Below, piece after piece: positions 10,201 to 20,247 of a stretch of DNA of 64,000 bases; the stretch's first letter is position 1, and every line of letters starts with the position of its first letter. The stretch covers positions 55,016 through 119,015 of the IMG/VR virus record IMGVR_UViG_3300008735_000002; one strand, written 5' to 3'. The stretch is from a virus. The position numbers and the translations under genes are program-made. The notes under the pieces were generated by a model, which saw nothing but the letters and a program-made list of their open reading frames with translations, was not told where the DNA came from and searched no databases.

Positions 10201-10434
10201 CACAAGTCCCTGAAATCCCTGCATCAGAGTAACGCCACCCTCTGTTGTATTGGTAAACGCCCGTATAACCTTGGCCATCTCAGGGTTGGGGTCTAGATTC
10301 ACAGTTCCGAAATCGCTGATAGAGTCATCATCACCAAAAGCAAGAAGTGACATAAAGTCTTCTTTAGAAACTATACTGAAATAGCGTCCTAGCTTGTCAA
10401 CAATGTCTCCTAATCTATCATCATATACTGCCAT
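7300..10434 (-). CDS. Putative baseplate hub protein (P2 gpD / Mu P / T4 gp27 position)
   Basis: 1044 aa. The C-terminal GCP...GQQFFV...NVFVVTGIDHTIEQGKFETKLKM resembles hub-protein ends. It directly follows the LysM gene. Confidence 0.55.
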   Translation of the reverse strand: MAVYDDRLGDIVDKLGRYFSIVSKEDFMSLLAFGDDDSISDFGTVNLDPNPEMAKVIRAFTNTTEGGVTLMQGFQGLVDLMNGSTSGEVSDMTALSKKLYRFVGEPEAFESVSLPSGVPTGAGEWIVSRYSVKDCCKITDEGEGAINGAFASPTKFTPSLGALQILSPKLTPAKRDTGAVALFMTSLPTLEISRCQPYLDITVITNRRSLGDDNRIQTMGLMQFLLGSSQIEEDTADYFMASALDESALYEFEQQQQAADAYDAAYPPGEDADEEEDPDPAIATSGMEMFTAPQTLVPVIGTGPDARMERYEDYEPFQAASGGSSGDVEDLPSVGGRRGAGIIDPFRPMMSIEGFSVSVTPSSGMMSHETAELSLTMHDRSRISEISEFVKPDLYGHTELLITYGWSHPDPSGHTIAAGPNAGQLSGNFYGAFLDLMKVTKKYMVVNSSFSFDEVGQVKIKLKLSMKGSANVDTANLSQGEDVDNVLEVMKELTEAIAVIKEQIMDDAEATGDTAAAKDMFGSSFMTAASDTSSAMTVDQETADAIKAFIAAKRNTTDPATADLRDTLEEMFGSSGTGGVAEAAKQTIADAVASKIQHLKSMRQNGKDPFAFTVRGAHGSTKYVNARYNDPKFVSFGAMLLYMVGKPLASTRRFDEIQFVFYPVNDKSSYLSILNIAQIPIRIEDFEAKFEERTQTTVNIPLSAFLSFVSKEFIHNQASYVYGLTALYETDDEGETSMKEEFSEDATALNDEKKKRLEDAYGEDADIEFKMPRIKMEMQAVPCKVGTHPRGKRGTILRIHVYDTTCGAYPSLMKMMTAARSDSIGLLSSAAGGVPGEVEDADSSTEGASVDHTTAFYEGLQAAMDAGIMEPVPTTTTDPPQLSDIDLDETYFRMKGGFPALKNFMMSSMPSIIYGSSNSAVLSADLSSMNNSKLASVNMLRAGQGGGDGPQGSRDAGLPLQTTPVSLSLSTYGCPMVSYGQQFFVDFGTGTTIDNVFVVTGIDHTIEQGKFETKLKMTQVDAFGKYISMFGNVKTALSALSEAD

Positions 10435-10439
10435 TAGGT

Positions 10440-10736
10440 CTATCCAATGAGTGCCACAATCTGACCGATGTCTGTGGGAATTTTAAGATATATTCCTGCC
10501 GGCACCTGTAAACTCCACCCAATTCCACTCGCACCTGCGATTACCCACCACAAAGAACCATCACCATAAAAATCTCCAGCGATAACATCTAATCGTTGAG
10601 CTTCTTTCGTTATGTGACCTTTCCAAGCTATCGAACCAGCCGCGACAGCGGATGCCACGATATAACATGCATCAAAAGTCCCATAAAACTTTCCATTAGC
10701 TAACTTTGGTGCTCTCTGATATCTGTTAATAGGCAT
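10440..10736 (-). CDS. LysM-like baseplate protein (P2 gpX / T4 gp53-like)
   Basis: RLDVIAGDFYGDGSLWWVIA...YLKIP; small gene located between the tube initiator and the hub. Confidence 0.75.
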   Translation of the reverse strand: MPINRYQRAPKLANGKFYGTFDACYIVASAVAAGSIAWKGHITKEAQRLDVIAGDFYGDGSLWWVIAGASGIGWSLQVPAGIYLKIPTDIGQIVALIG

Positions 10737-13700
10737 TAGACTTCTCCCTCAGTTGAACCATAGCCTTTAGAGATGCTGTCTGCAAAGCCCTCGAGGGTAT
10801 CGGCATTGGTATCGGTGTTCTCGAAGCCTTGGACGTGAGAAGACCTTCTGTCACCGCCTGTAGCGGGTCTACCTGCACCACGTGAATAATAATCTTGGCC
10901 AAGACCGCCAGCGATTCCACCGACTGGATAGTTGTAGGCCCGCATTGCTCCATTATTATCAAGACCCGGTACAATATCATGAATCGGACTAAAGGATACG
11001 CTACACTTTATGAACTGCGGTGCTCTTCGGCCTATGCCGCGCATATCCCACATGGCTTCGCCCCAGTCCATGTCAAAGCTAGTTATAACCCCTGCTAAAC
11101 CCCTTCCGCCAGCTGCCTCGAATGAACGCACAATCGCGTTGTTGTTAGGATTAAAGAAATTGTAGATATCAGTTACTTGATCTTCTAACGTTATCTCAGT
11201 CGTTGCTTCAGCTTCCGCAGGTGCCGGATAAACGGGAGATAAATCCGCGCTTGTAACAACATAAGCATGTGTGTGCCCCTTCGCGGTCACCGGACCATAC
11301 GGATCTGCTGGATCATCCACGTCTGATAGCGTTACAAGATACTCAGTGTAGATACCTTCATCTCTTAGATCTTCATTTGCATCAGTCTCCATATTAATTT
11401 CACCACCAGCAAAATTACCTGAAGAATCTGACACTCTTCTAGCTAGAACCCGGACTAGCGCCTCGGAATAAAATCGCGACCGAAACGGAGTCGACTCAAT
11501 ATGGTCACCAGATGTAGGTGGAGGTGGAGGAAACATCGACGCCCAATCACCAGAGTTGTAGTATCCCGCGGGATCCGCTGGGTTGCTCTTGTCTGCGTCC
11601 ATATCATAAGTAGTATAACCTTCCCCGTTAGCTTTCATGATAGCGATACCGCGCATATCACTACCTGGATCAGAAATGCTTCCGGGCCAATACCCAAAGT
11701 TTGGATCGTCATATACCACAGGTTGTTCTGCAATGGCGTCATTTATCGCGGCGATAGTGGCGGCATGCTCAGAAGCGGCTTCATCTTCCGCTATCTGCTG
11801 TTGCGCTTCTGCCTCGGCGGCATAAGTCAGATCAAACGGAGCACCTGCCCAATCGTTCCCAGCGGAATCTACTCCGCCAGCCGGTACTGAGGTACCTCCT
11901 GCAGATGCTGGCAGAGCAGGAATTGCTTCGGACATTCCAAAAATACGAGCAAGATCAAAGCGACTGTAATTGCTGCGAATAACGTCACCGACACGCAAGC
12001 GTATAACGGGAGATGCAGTGGGTATTTGAGAAAATGGCATAACGAATTTCTTGTTACCGGCCTTAACGGGCTTACCCATAGAAAATTGTGGGTAACACAT
12101 CGAAACTAGCTTATTGACGCTCCACCACATTGAATCAAAGTCTTCGGGGTCAGTTGCAACCAGCGTCCATGTTAATGAAATAGAGCGAGAAGTATTTTGA
12201 TAAATCTTAACAGGATCAATACGTCCATAACCCGCTGACTCAGCATAACTGACAGAATATGAGTCTGAGAGAGACTCTAGAAATGCGTGGAAGGAAATCA
12301 CTTCATTAGTTCTTAAATCATGAAAATAAAACGGACAATATTCAGAATCAAGCTCATCTTCAACTGCGTCTAAATACTCTTTGGGTAATCGATGAGATGC
12401 CACCAGAGCAACTTTTCGGCGCTGGCTGGAGACGTTTGAACCATCCGGATACCGTGGGGCACCTTTAGTATTCCAATATTGACTCGGAGAATTAGTCTCC
12501 GCATCACCGAGCTTCACCATATTGCCAAGAGCATAACCTGCCCTATAACCGTATAAAAGAAAAGCATTTGAGTACTTCTGTGGTAATAGGATGAGGGACG
12601 GTGATGATCGGTGGCGCCATGCCAGCATCTTACCTGCTGCTCGACTTTTTCCCTGTCGTGTTTGGCCATTGTTCGGCATGTCATCAATCGAATCAACGAT
12701 CGCAAACTCTCTCCTGTGCATGCCCAAGAATGTACTACCCATTTGCGCAAGGGTGCAATAAAAACGCCAAGAGCGATATCGGTTCAACGCTGTTATTAGG
12801 TTGAAGAGGATTACAGCAGGATCAGGTGAAGTGGGTACAAGGTCTATAAGGTTGTTAAGCAATTGCTTCATATCTATTCTGATCGAACGTAAAATTGTTG
12901 CATAATACCCAGAAGAATATTGCATGTTACGGAAATTTGGGATCGGGTCAGGAAACAGCAGCCCCGCAAACCAGACTGCTAGCACAAGCGGAGCAGGAGT
13001 CGATGGAAACGGAGGTGACGGGAGCCCAGAGGGAGGCGGTGCGGCAGAATCACCGGGAGCAATCTGCATCTTGAAGAAAGCGACCACTCCCCAACATACG
13101 CATGTATGGAAATCATCATTCAAGCCACCTGGGATTGATAATTTTTTAAGAAGCTTTGCGCTACCGACAACTTTACGATGTTGGCCCTTCCTCATATTTT
13201 GAGGATTTGTGGGATCTGGTATCGTACTCGCGGATGCAACGCTCTCTATAATCGTCATAACTGCGCCGAATACTGTACACAGCGCTGCCATCTCAGCCAG
13301 CGCGGTGACGCCTGTCAAAACCTGCGGGACGGTCGCAAATTCAAATTTTTCATATGGGTTATTTAGCGTACCCACGCTCTTCTGCGGAAGTAGAGGTGAT
13401 CCATCTATGTCGTCGTAACGTAGCTCTGCGTTGTCGATAGAGGGTCGGTCAGGCGCATGATAAGCATTCTCTGCTCGAATGTCTTCAGTAGAAACCTCTT
13501 GTGCACCAGTCTGTACGAATGTGGGCAGTATACTCTCTGCCATCGCAGCGACACCTACAGGATCCTGATTTCCCATTCTATGTCCAGAAGCCCTCATGAG
13601 CATTGAGTAGGCGACCTTTTGCATATCATCAATGCTAGTTCTATTGGCATATTGATTATATACACCGTACGCGCCCTGCTCTACAGGAATTCCTGGTTCG

Positions 13701-14293
13701 GTGAATTCACCGTGCTCAATATAGGGAGAACTAGTGGGCATGGGATCAAAACGATTTCTGCCCAATAGTGAAGAAATTTTGTGCTGGACGGGTGTCGCAC
13801 CAGCAGGGTTATCAAAGGCGGTCTGACCAGACGTACCACCTATACCGGGAACATCATTTTCCTGGGTTGAGACAATATCGCGATAAAGAAAGTGGCCGTC
13901 ATTTTGTGAATTTTTGTCTATGATATCTTGAAGACCGCTAGAGCTACCCTCGAATTGTCCAGAGTTACTTAACGTTTCAAATTTTCTAACAGCAGCTTCA
14001 GAAGCGTGGTCACCCGTTGGGAATGTGTCCGTAAACCCAGCAGTCTCATCTTGACCACCAGTCACAAATTCAGCTGGGGTACCGTCAGGATTCACAAGCG
14101 AAAATTCACTACGCGGATTGTTGGGGGAAATCGGAAACTTGTTCCCCATCATCGCGTCGGTTGTTATTGAGCTTAAATACGAAGCAAGGGTATCCTTGGC
14201 AGGGATTGATAAATCATCCCCAACTACAAAAGTATCACCATCACCAGTCGGTTCTGGAATAAAATCACTTGATGTAGGATCGTCAGCGCTCAT
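10736..14293 (-). CDS. Large tail/baseplate protein with an internal tube-initiator-like (P2 gpU / T4 gp48-54 type) domain
   Basis: 1185 aa. The central FYFHDLRTNEVISFHAFLESLSDSYS...GRIDPVKIYQNTSRSISL and the C-terminal ITSFDMDW...W...P..IKCSVSF pattern resemble tube-fold initiators. Located downstream of the tape measure. Confidence 0.55.
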   Translation of the reverse strand: MSADDPTSSDFIPEPTGDGDTFVVGDDLSIPAKDTLASYLSSITTDAMMGNKFPISPNNPRSEFSLVNPDGTPAEFVTGGQDETAGFTDTFPTGDHASEAAVRKFETLSNSGQFEGSSSGLQDIIDKNSQNDGHFLYRDIVSTQENDVPGIGGTSGQTAFDNPAGATPVQHKISSLLGRNRFDPMPTSSPYIEHGEFTEPGIPVEQGAYGVYNQYANRTSIDDMQKVAYSMLMRASGHRMGNQDPVGVAAMAESILPTFVQTGAQEVSTEDIRAENAYHAPDRPSIDNAELRYDDIDGSPLLPQKSVGTLNNPYEKFEFATVPQVLTGVTALAEMAALCTVFGAVMTIIESVASASTIPDPTNPQNMRKGQHRKVVGSAKLLKKLSIPGGLNDDFHTCVCWGVVAFFKMQIAPGDSAAPPPSGLPSPPFPSTPAPLVLAVWFAGLLFPDPIPNFRNMQYSSGYYATILRSIRIDMKQLLNNLIDLVPTSPDPAVILFNLITALNRYRSWRFYCTLAQMGSTFLGMHRREFAIVDSIDDMPNNGQTRQGKSRAAGKMLAWRHRSSPSLILLPQKYSNAFLLYGYRAGYALGNMVKLGDAETNSPSQYWNTKGAPRYPDGSNVSSQRRKVALVASHRLPKEYLDAVEDELDSEYCPFYFHDLRTNEVISFHAFLESLSDSYSVSYAESAGYGRIDPVKIYQNTSRSISLTWTLVATDPEDFDSMWWSVNKLVSMCYPQFSMGKPVKAGNKKFVMPFSQIPTASPVIRLRVGDVIRSNYSRFDLARIFGMSEAIPALPASAGGTSVPAGGVDSAGNDWAGAPFDLTYAAEAEAQQQIAEDEAASEHAATIAAINDAIAEQPVVYDDPNFGYWPGSISDPGSDMRGIAIMKANGEGYTTYDMDADKSNPADPAGYYNSGDWASMFPPPPPTSGDHIESTPFRSRFYSEALVRVLARRVSDSSGNFAGGEINMETDANEDLRDEGIYTEYLVTLSDVDDPADPYGPVTAKGHTHAYVVTSADLSPVYPAPAEAEATTEITLEDQVTDIYNFFNPNNNAIVRSFEAAGGRGLAGVITSFDMDWGEAMWDMRGIGRRAPQFIKCSVSFSPIHDIVPGLDNNGAMRAYNYPVGGIAGGLGQDYYSRGAGRPATGGDRRSSHVQGFENTDTNADTLEGFADSISKGYGSTEGEV

Positions 14294-14299
14294 AAGACC

Positions 14300-14524
14300 T
14301 TATTCTCTATCTTCCTTAAGTATTCGCTCTTTTAACTTTTCCATAACAGCTTCATCGTTAAAAGCATTCTTCAGAACATCAAGAGCTTTTTGAAGCTGCG
14401 GGTATAAATCTGTCCCCAATATCTTTTTTGCTTCCTCTGACAGATCTGCTTTCTCATTATCCGTTAATTCATCAAGAGATTTCTCACGCATAGTTTTAGT
14501 TTTGTCTTCTTTGCTCATTTTCAT
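14300..14524 (-). CDS. Small charged hypothetical protein
   Basis: 74-aa ORF with a GGAG RBS. Confidence 0.65.
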   Translation of the reverse strand: MKMSKEDKTKTMREKSLDELTDNEKADLSEEAKKILGTDLYPQLQKALDVLKNAFNDEAVMEKLKERILKEDRE

Positions 14525-14532
14525 AGTCTCCT

Positions 14533-17500
14533 TTATTCACCGCCGGCGGCTGCTAGCGGGGTTGTCATAACTGATTTATCTACCAACACCTTTCCTACCT
14601 TGTTGGCGTCCATAGTTACCTGAACGTTTAAAGTTATATTAACCGGTTCGTTTGTAATTGTGAAGGACCCATCGCCTGTTCCGATCGCTGAAGCGAAGTT
14701 GTCAAGCGCAACTGCAGCGCTTACTTCGCCTATGCTGTTTAGCGCTTCGATTGAAGCCACAACCTCAGCGACCATCTCAGTGACTGCTGCTGCCATTCCG
14801 CCACCCTCGAACATCGCCATATAACCAGATAACTCATTAATCTTCTCGCCAAAAGTTACCATCTTGGTTAGAGCCTCTATCCCAAGGTCAAACTTCGTTA
14901 ATAGCGCGGCATCCCAGGTACCTGTGTTATCTGCTAGGGCTTCGAAGACATCTCCGATATCGTAATAACCATCCCAATAAATCAGGTGCTTCACAGCACT
15001 CATCATATTTGCAATCGCCATGCTTGCGCCGCCCTCAAAGTTACTCCCCTCAAGAGAACCTATAACATCTGCAAACTTCGTCACCGCGTCCATGGCCAAA
15101 CCAACCACTTCAAGCTTCTTCACCGCTGCATCGGGATTGGCGATCTTAACAGAAAGAACTGCTTCGATTAGCGACGGTAAGTGCATCTTAACAGCCTGTA
15201 CAATACGTGCTATCATTTGCATCAATTCGCCCAAGCTTTCCTGTAGGGTTTTGCCTGCAGAAAACCAACCAGCTGTTTTGGTGGGTGGCATTAGTTCTCC
15301 AATCGCACCGATGGATTCACCAAATTTGGCCACGGCTTCCATAGCCATTGCGACAAGCTTAACCTTGACTTCTGCTGCTTTCGCATCAATATTGTCTGGT
15401 ACTGCTTCTATAACTGCCTTTATAATCTGCGGTAGATTACCCTTGATCATGTTGAATATTGAGGTAAATATTGGCTTCATTTCGCTAAGCGTTTGACCCA
15501 TCGATGGGCCCGACTTGACAAACCAGCCAGACTGTTGGCTTGCATTTCTATCCATGAACATCTGCGCTATCGAACCAACAGCCTCGATTAGTTTCGCTAC
15601 AGCTGATACTGCTGCTCCTATAACCTCAGCCTTCACTCTTGCCATCTCAGGATTATCCCCGATGTTAATCTTTAAGATGTCGGCGATCATTGGAGGAATG
15701 TGTTCCTTGACTGCGCCCATAATGGTTCCCATCATGTCGCCATACGTCTTCATAAGACTGGCAGCACCTTCAGGATCTCCAGACCTCATAAATCCACCAC
15801 CAGCCAGATCGGCAATCGCATCCATCAATCCAGGCGGGGGCTGCATGGCTTGAATCAGGTTCCCAATCGCAGCCAAAACTCCACCAATCGCTTCGAGTTT
15901 TGCAATATCACCCTCTTTCATCACAGATAACATCTTTACAAGCGCAAAGATAAGTTCCTTTGCTCCACCGAAAATAGCATTGATAAAGCCAGCTGCGCCT
16001 TCTAATATCGCACCAGACTCTCCACCACCTGAGCTTGCCAAAACATCAAGCATCGCGATCTTATAAACAAGGTCACCCATCTGCTTAACGGCATCAAAGA
16101 CTTTCAGCAACGCATTGATTTTTAATATGAATAATTTCGGATCCCCGATTGGCATATCAGCGATTATACGCAGAGCAGGAACTAACGAGTCCAGCATAGC
16201 ATCTGCCATCTTCTTTACGACCCTAAAGCCCGCTTCGATCGGTTTCATCATACCCGGGAAAAGATACTTCACTAATGACTTCGCAGATATCGACATCTCG
16301 ATAATCGCGTCCATGGCCATCTGCATGCCTATCGCTATCCACATTAATTCTTTGCCATCAATACCCGACATCGATGACATTAATTCTTGCAGCGCCGGTG
16401 CAAACGTCTTTGAGACTACAAAGGTGAACGCAGCCGCGGCGATCAGGCCGACACCACCGACAATCATAATAGGAATCATCAGTGCCACCAGGGCGCTGGT
16501 TCCAGCAAGAAGTACAAGCGCTAACATGGCCAGCGTTAACTGTAACATCGTGACAATAACACCCGGTAAATCAACAGAACTATAAACAGACTGGAATAAC
16601 TGGAACGCCAGGCCGAGCACAGATAAACCAACCGCCACAAATAATGCACCCAACAACGCACCGACTGTGTCCATACCGGCATAAAGATTGAAGAGCAGTG
16701 CCGTCGCACCGATAGCAGCTGTTAACAAAACAATTCCAAGAAGGAAAAGCATGCTCATCGCTATGGTACCCATATCAAGTGAATTTATTATCATCGATGC
16801 CACCCACAAGGCGCCCAAAAATGCTACCACACCAACAAGCATGAAAAGAGCGCCCATAAGCATGGGCCCGATTGCAGAGCCGGCTTTCTGCATTGGCTTA
16901 GAAGCCTTAATTAGCAATACCGTAGCGCCAACTGCGAGCAGCATAACCACCAAGCCCATAAGGCCCTTCATAATATTACCAAAACCAACTTCGCCAACTA
17001 CGACGCCAACAGCACCGATGCCTAAGGCAAATGCGCTACCACCGATAACCAGTAACGCCCCAGCTTTCACCAAATTCTGAGTACGCTTCTTTGTCACGTT
17101 CAGCTTGGATGCTGCTTTTATCATCGGTACCATCGCAAAGATTGCGGCCGCCATTAGAATTACGCCGAATGTTCCAGCTAGTATTTTTCCGAAACCGACC
17201 TGTGAGACCACTTCACCGACGACCCCCAAGCCAACTACGAAAGCAGCTCCACCGACTGTCATCATTAGAGCTGCGGCGAGGAGTTTTCCGATAGACTTTG
17301 TAATTTGGCCTTCTTGCATCTCGTTAGCAGTTTCGACCATGAACTTAGTTGCCCATATCCCTCCTACCAACGCAATGACAGCGGCGACGACAGCCATAAA
17401 TGGAACAGAAGACAAGATCTTCGCCATCAATGTTATCCCTATGGCGAACAAGATCATTGCGGGAATCATTGCAGCTGCCAGCAACGTTAAATTGATCGCT

Positions 17501-19905
17501 GCCTTTCCGATATCTTTTTTATCTATTCCGCCAACTTTCTCTATAAAGCACTTCAGGCCGTCGGCCAGCCCACCCATACCTTCTCTAATACCATCACCGG
17601 TGGATTTAGCATTCCCTTGATTGGCTCTGCCGGCGTCGTCGGTAACACCGCCCATCAGTCCGATAAGTTTATCTGTCGCCATCTTTATGAGCGCGCCCTT
17701 GGCGGCAGTAAGAGCACCTGTCAAAATCATTTTTCCAAACACAAACGCAGCCATGGCACCACCGACCATGAGGATCTTATCTCCATGCTTCTCAAAAACT
17801 GCGCTAAGAAGATCCAGTATCGCGTCTAAAAGAACTGGAGCTGCCTCTATTAGCGCTGACCCAATTCCAGAAAGCGCTTCGACTAGAGCTCCGCCAATGC
17901 CCTTCTCACCAGCATTTTTAACTGCATCTGGGTTTCTAATATAGTCTGCGATTCCCTTAATCATGTCCGCAAACTTTCCAACGATCCACGGTATCATCCC
18001 GGCGATAAACGCCCCGACCATCTCGATACCTTTGATGAGCGCGTTCTTAAGCTTCTGCATGGCTGGACCTTTTTTGCCAAAGAACTTCTCGAATTCTTTG
18101 CCCATATCTTCAGCCATGTTCTGAGGACTGTACGTCCCTTTTCCGGTCAGCGAATCCTTGAATCGTTTGAATATCCCCAAAAGACCAGTACCGGTTAGGC
18201 CGCCCTTCTCGTTAATACCCAAAAGGTCTCTCAAGTCTTTGGGATCGAACAGATCTTTAAGGCCGTCCCACACTCCTAAATCGCCCATAAGATCAGCAAA
18301 CATCTTTCCAAGCTGTTCACCGAACTGAAACACAACCTTTAAGGAATCACGAATCTGCTGGATAACTGCCTGAAATTCCTCGGAAGACGCCAGGCCTTTC
18401 ATGAACCCCTTAGCGAACGAATCAAAGAAGCCCTCGACTCCGCCGCCGCCGCCTTCTGTCATTTTCTCAATAGAGTCAGCAAGCTTAGACATCGCTTCTT
18501 CTTGCGACATAGCGTTCTCTTCAGCGTCTTCAGCTCCAGCCTCAAGATCCTCATAAGATACGCCCTGGTTTTCTGCGGCTAACGCATTCTCCATAGCGGA
18601 TACAGATAGACCCATTTGCTCAGCAAGGAGTGCCTTCTCTTGTCGAGTCATATCTTCGACTGACTTGCCAGCCTCGTGGAACGCATCACGCATCATGTCA
18701 ATTCGCTCAGCAGGATTCTCAGCGTTCATCATCTCCATAGTATCAAGCTGCATTCCGAAAGCTTGGTTCAATTGAGAAACAGAACCAGCAGCATCTTCAA
18801 AGTTGTCGAACTTGCTGATAACGCCCTGGAGGTCTTTTGCCTCTAGCCCTAATTTCGCCATATAGGTTGCAGTTGCACCAAGCTGCTTAACACTCATATT
18901 ACCGAAGTTCGCAACATCTTCAGTAAGAGCAGACATATTCGCACCGATTATCTTGCTCGAAACCCCAAACTTGTCGCCCATCTGAATTGCCATACTCGCG
19001 GTGGCGGTTAACATATCACCGACATCTTCGCCGGCGTTTTGAGCTTTTCTTGTCATTTCAGCAAGGGCTTCATTGGTCATTCCCAAGCCCTTGTTCATCG
19101 TAACCATCATCGCAGCATTTTCAGCAATGGAATCTGAAAGCATACTGAATGCAGCCCCAGCTGCTCTAGCGACTTCAGCAACAGCCTCTAGTGCTGCTGC
19201 CATCCCAGCGCTTCCCCGACCAAAAACCTCACTAACACTAAGGCCGGTCTGCGCGAGGGCACCAGTCGATGACGTAAGGTCATCAAAGCCATCCATTATG
19301 GCCTTACCCTCATTAGACGCTAACGAACCGAACTCACCCCTGAGTTTTTCCATAGCTTGAGTTAGTGCGCTAACTCCGCCGCCGCCGGTCGTCGCCATAT
19401 CCACCAAGCCGCCAAGCATCTTGAATGGCATCGAAATAATCGCTGTACCAACACTCATGAATCCACTAGCCATGGAACTTAACGTACCCACAACCATGGT
19501 TAGCGTTGCCTTGGCGCTATTGAATCCTTTGATTATTCCGCTAGCAGCCGATGCGGCAGCAACGTCTGCTGTCTTGATCTCCTTGACCATTTCGCCAAAG
19601 CTTTTGGTAGTCCCATCGGCGGCGCCCCCAGCTTCATCTATAGCGCCGGCGACGTCTCGCTGACCGTCTGCTGCGGCTTGTGCATTTGAGGCAGCATCTT
19701 GAAGACCGCTATTTATTTCGTCGAGCCTTGCGGCGACCTGGTCTAAATCTTTGCACTCTAAAGCTTTGCACAATTGTATTGCTAGCTGCGTTTGGCTGGT
19801 CAGCTTTTTCGCTTGGGCATCCATCAGCGCAGCGCGCTCATTCAGCAGTTTATTGATCTGCTGCTGGATTCCTAATTGGTTCTGTAGCTCTTTTGAGTCA
19901 GGCAT
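14533..19905 (-). CDS. Tail tape measure protein
   Basis: 1790 aa, Ala/Gly/Met-rich and helical, with an N-terminal coiled coil and a long hydrophobic repeat region. Located downstream of the tube and chaperone genes. Confidence 0.85.
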   Translation of the reverse strand: MPDSKELQNQLGIQQQINKLLNERAALMDAQAKKLTSQTQLAIQLCKALECKDLDQVAARLDEINSGLQDAASNAQAAADGQRDVAGAIDEAGGAADGTTKSFGEMVKEIKTADVAAASAASGIIKGFNSAKATLTMVVGTLSSMASGFMSVGTAIISMPFKMLGGLVDMATTGGGGVSALTQAMEKLRGEFGSLASNEGKAIMDGFDDLTSSTGALAQTGLSVSEVFGRGSAGMAAALEAVAEVARAAGAAFSMLSDSIAENAAMMVTMNKGLGMTNEALAEMTRKAQNAGEDVGDMLTATASMAIQMGDKFGVSSKIIGANMSALTEDVANFGNMSVKQLGATATYMAKLGLEAKDLQGVISKFDNFEDAAGSVSQLNQAFGMQLDTMEMMNAENPAERIDMMRDAFHEAGKSVEDMTRQEKALLAEQMGLSVSAMENALAAENQGVSYEDLEAGAEDAEENAMSQEEAMSKLADSIEKMTEGGGGGVEGFFDSFAKGFMKGLASSEEFQAVIQQIRDSLKVVFQFGEQLGKMFADLMGDLGVWDGLKDLFDPKDLRDLLGINEKGGLTGTGLLGIFKRFKDSLTGKGTYSPQNMAEDMGKEFEKFFGKKGPAMQKLKNALIKGIEMVGAFIAGMIPWIVGKFADMIKGIADYIRNPDAVKNAGEKGIGGALVEALSGIGSALIEAAPVLLDAILDLLSAVFEKHGDKILMVGGAMAAFVFGKMILTGALTAAKGALIKMATDKLIGLMGGVTDDAGRANQGNAKSTGDGIREGMGGLADGLKCFIEKVGGIDKKDIGKAAINLTLLAAAMIPAMILFAIGITLMAKILSSVPFMAVVAAVIALVGGIWATKFMVETANEMQEGQITKSIGKLLAAALMMTVGGAAFVVGLGVVGEVVSQVGFGKILAGTFGVILMAAAIFAMVPMIKAASKLNVTKKRTQNLVKAGALLVIGGSAFALGIGAVGVVVGEVGFGNIMKGLMGLVVMLLAVGATVLLIKASKPMQKAGSAIGPMLMGALFMLVGVVAFLGALWVASMIINSLDMGTIAMSMLFLLGIVLLTAAIGATALLFNLYAGMDTVGALLGALFVAVGLSVLGLAFQLFQSVYSSVDLPGVIVTMLQLTLAMLALVLLAGTSALVALMIPIMIVGGVGLIAAAAFTFVVSKTFAPALQELMSSMSGIDGKELMWIAIGMQMAMDAIIEMSISAKSLVKYLFPGMMKPIEAGFRVVKKMADAMLDSLVPALRIIADMPIGDPKLFILKINALLKVFDAVKQMGDLVYKIAMLDVLASSGGGESGAILEGAAGFINAIFGGAKELIFALVKMLSVMKEGDIAKLEAIGGVLAAIGNLIQAMQPPPGLMDAIADLAGGGFMRSGDPEGAASLMKTYGDMMGTIMGAVKEHIPPMIADILKINIGDNPEMARVKAEVIGAAVSAVAKLIEAVGSIAQMFMDRNASQQSGWFVKSGPSMGQTLSEMKPIFTSIFNMIKGNLPQIIKAVIEAVPDNIDAKAAEVKVKLVAMAMEAVAKFGESIGAIGELMPPTKTAGWFSAGKTLQESLGELMQMIARIVQAVKMHLPSLIEAVLSVKIANPDAAVKKLEVVGLAMDAVTKFADVIGSLEGSNFEGGASMAIANMMSAVKHLIYWDGYYDIGDVFEALADNTGTWDAALLTKFDLGIEALTKMVTFGEKINELSGYMAMFEGGGMAAAVTEMVAEVVASIEALNSIGEVSAAVALDNFASAIGTGDGSFTITNEPVNITLNVQVTMDANKVGKVLVDKSVMTTPLAAAGGE

Positions 19906-19978
19906 CTAACAAACCACCCTGTATACCATTGCATACACTAAATATGGTAAACAGAATTCTACAAACAATAAATTGATA

Positions 19979-20236
19979 TTAGAAGGGCCAAACAAACCCT
20001 GTCTTCGCATGTAGAAGTTTTGCAGCTTTTTTCTTCGACTCTAAGACGGGAATAACATCGCTTATATTCTTCTTCGTCTCGAGAACCACATAAAGCGCTC
20101 TAGACTCTCTTAGCGTCCGCGCGAACAAATCAATCGTTTTTTCAGATCCGCTCAATTTTATTTCAGCGATTTCACCGCTGATGTATCTGGCGCAATCTTT
20201 TAGAAACTGTCTTTTAGCTGCATTCATTTCCAACAC
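19979..20236 (-). CDS. Hypothetical protein
   Basis: 85-aa ORF with a GAGGTG RBS and an upstream ATAGTTA motif. Confidence 0.7.
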   Translation of the reverse strand: MLEMNAAKRQFLKDCARYISGEIAEIKLSGSEKTIDLFARTLRESRALYVVLETKKNISDVIPVLESKKKAAKLLHAKTGFVWPF

Positions 20237-20247
20237 CTCTAAGATAA

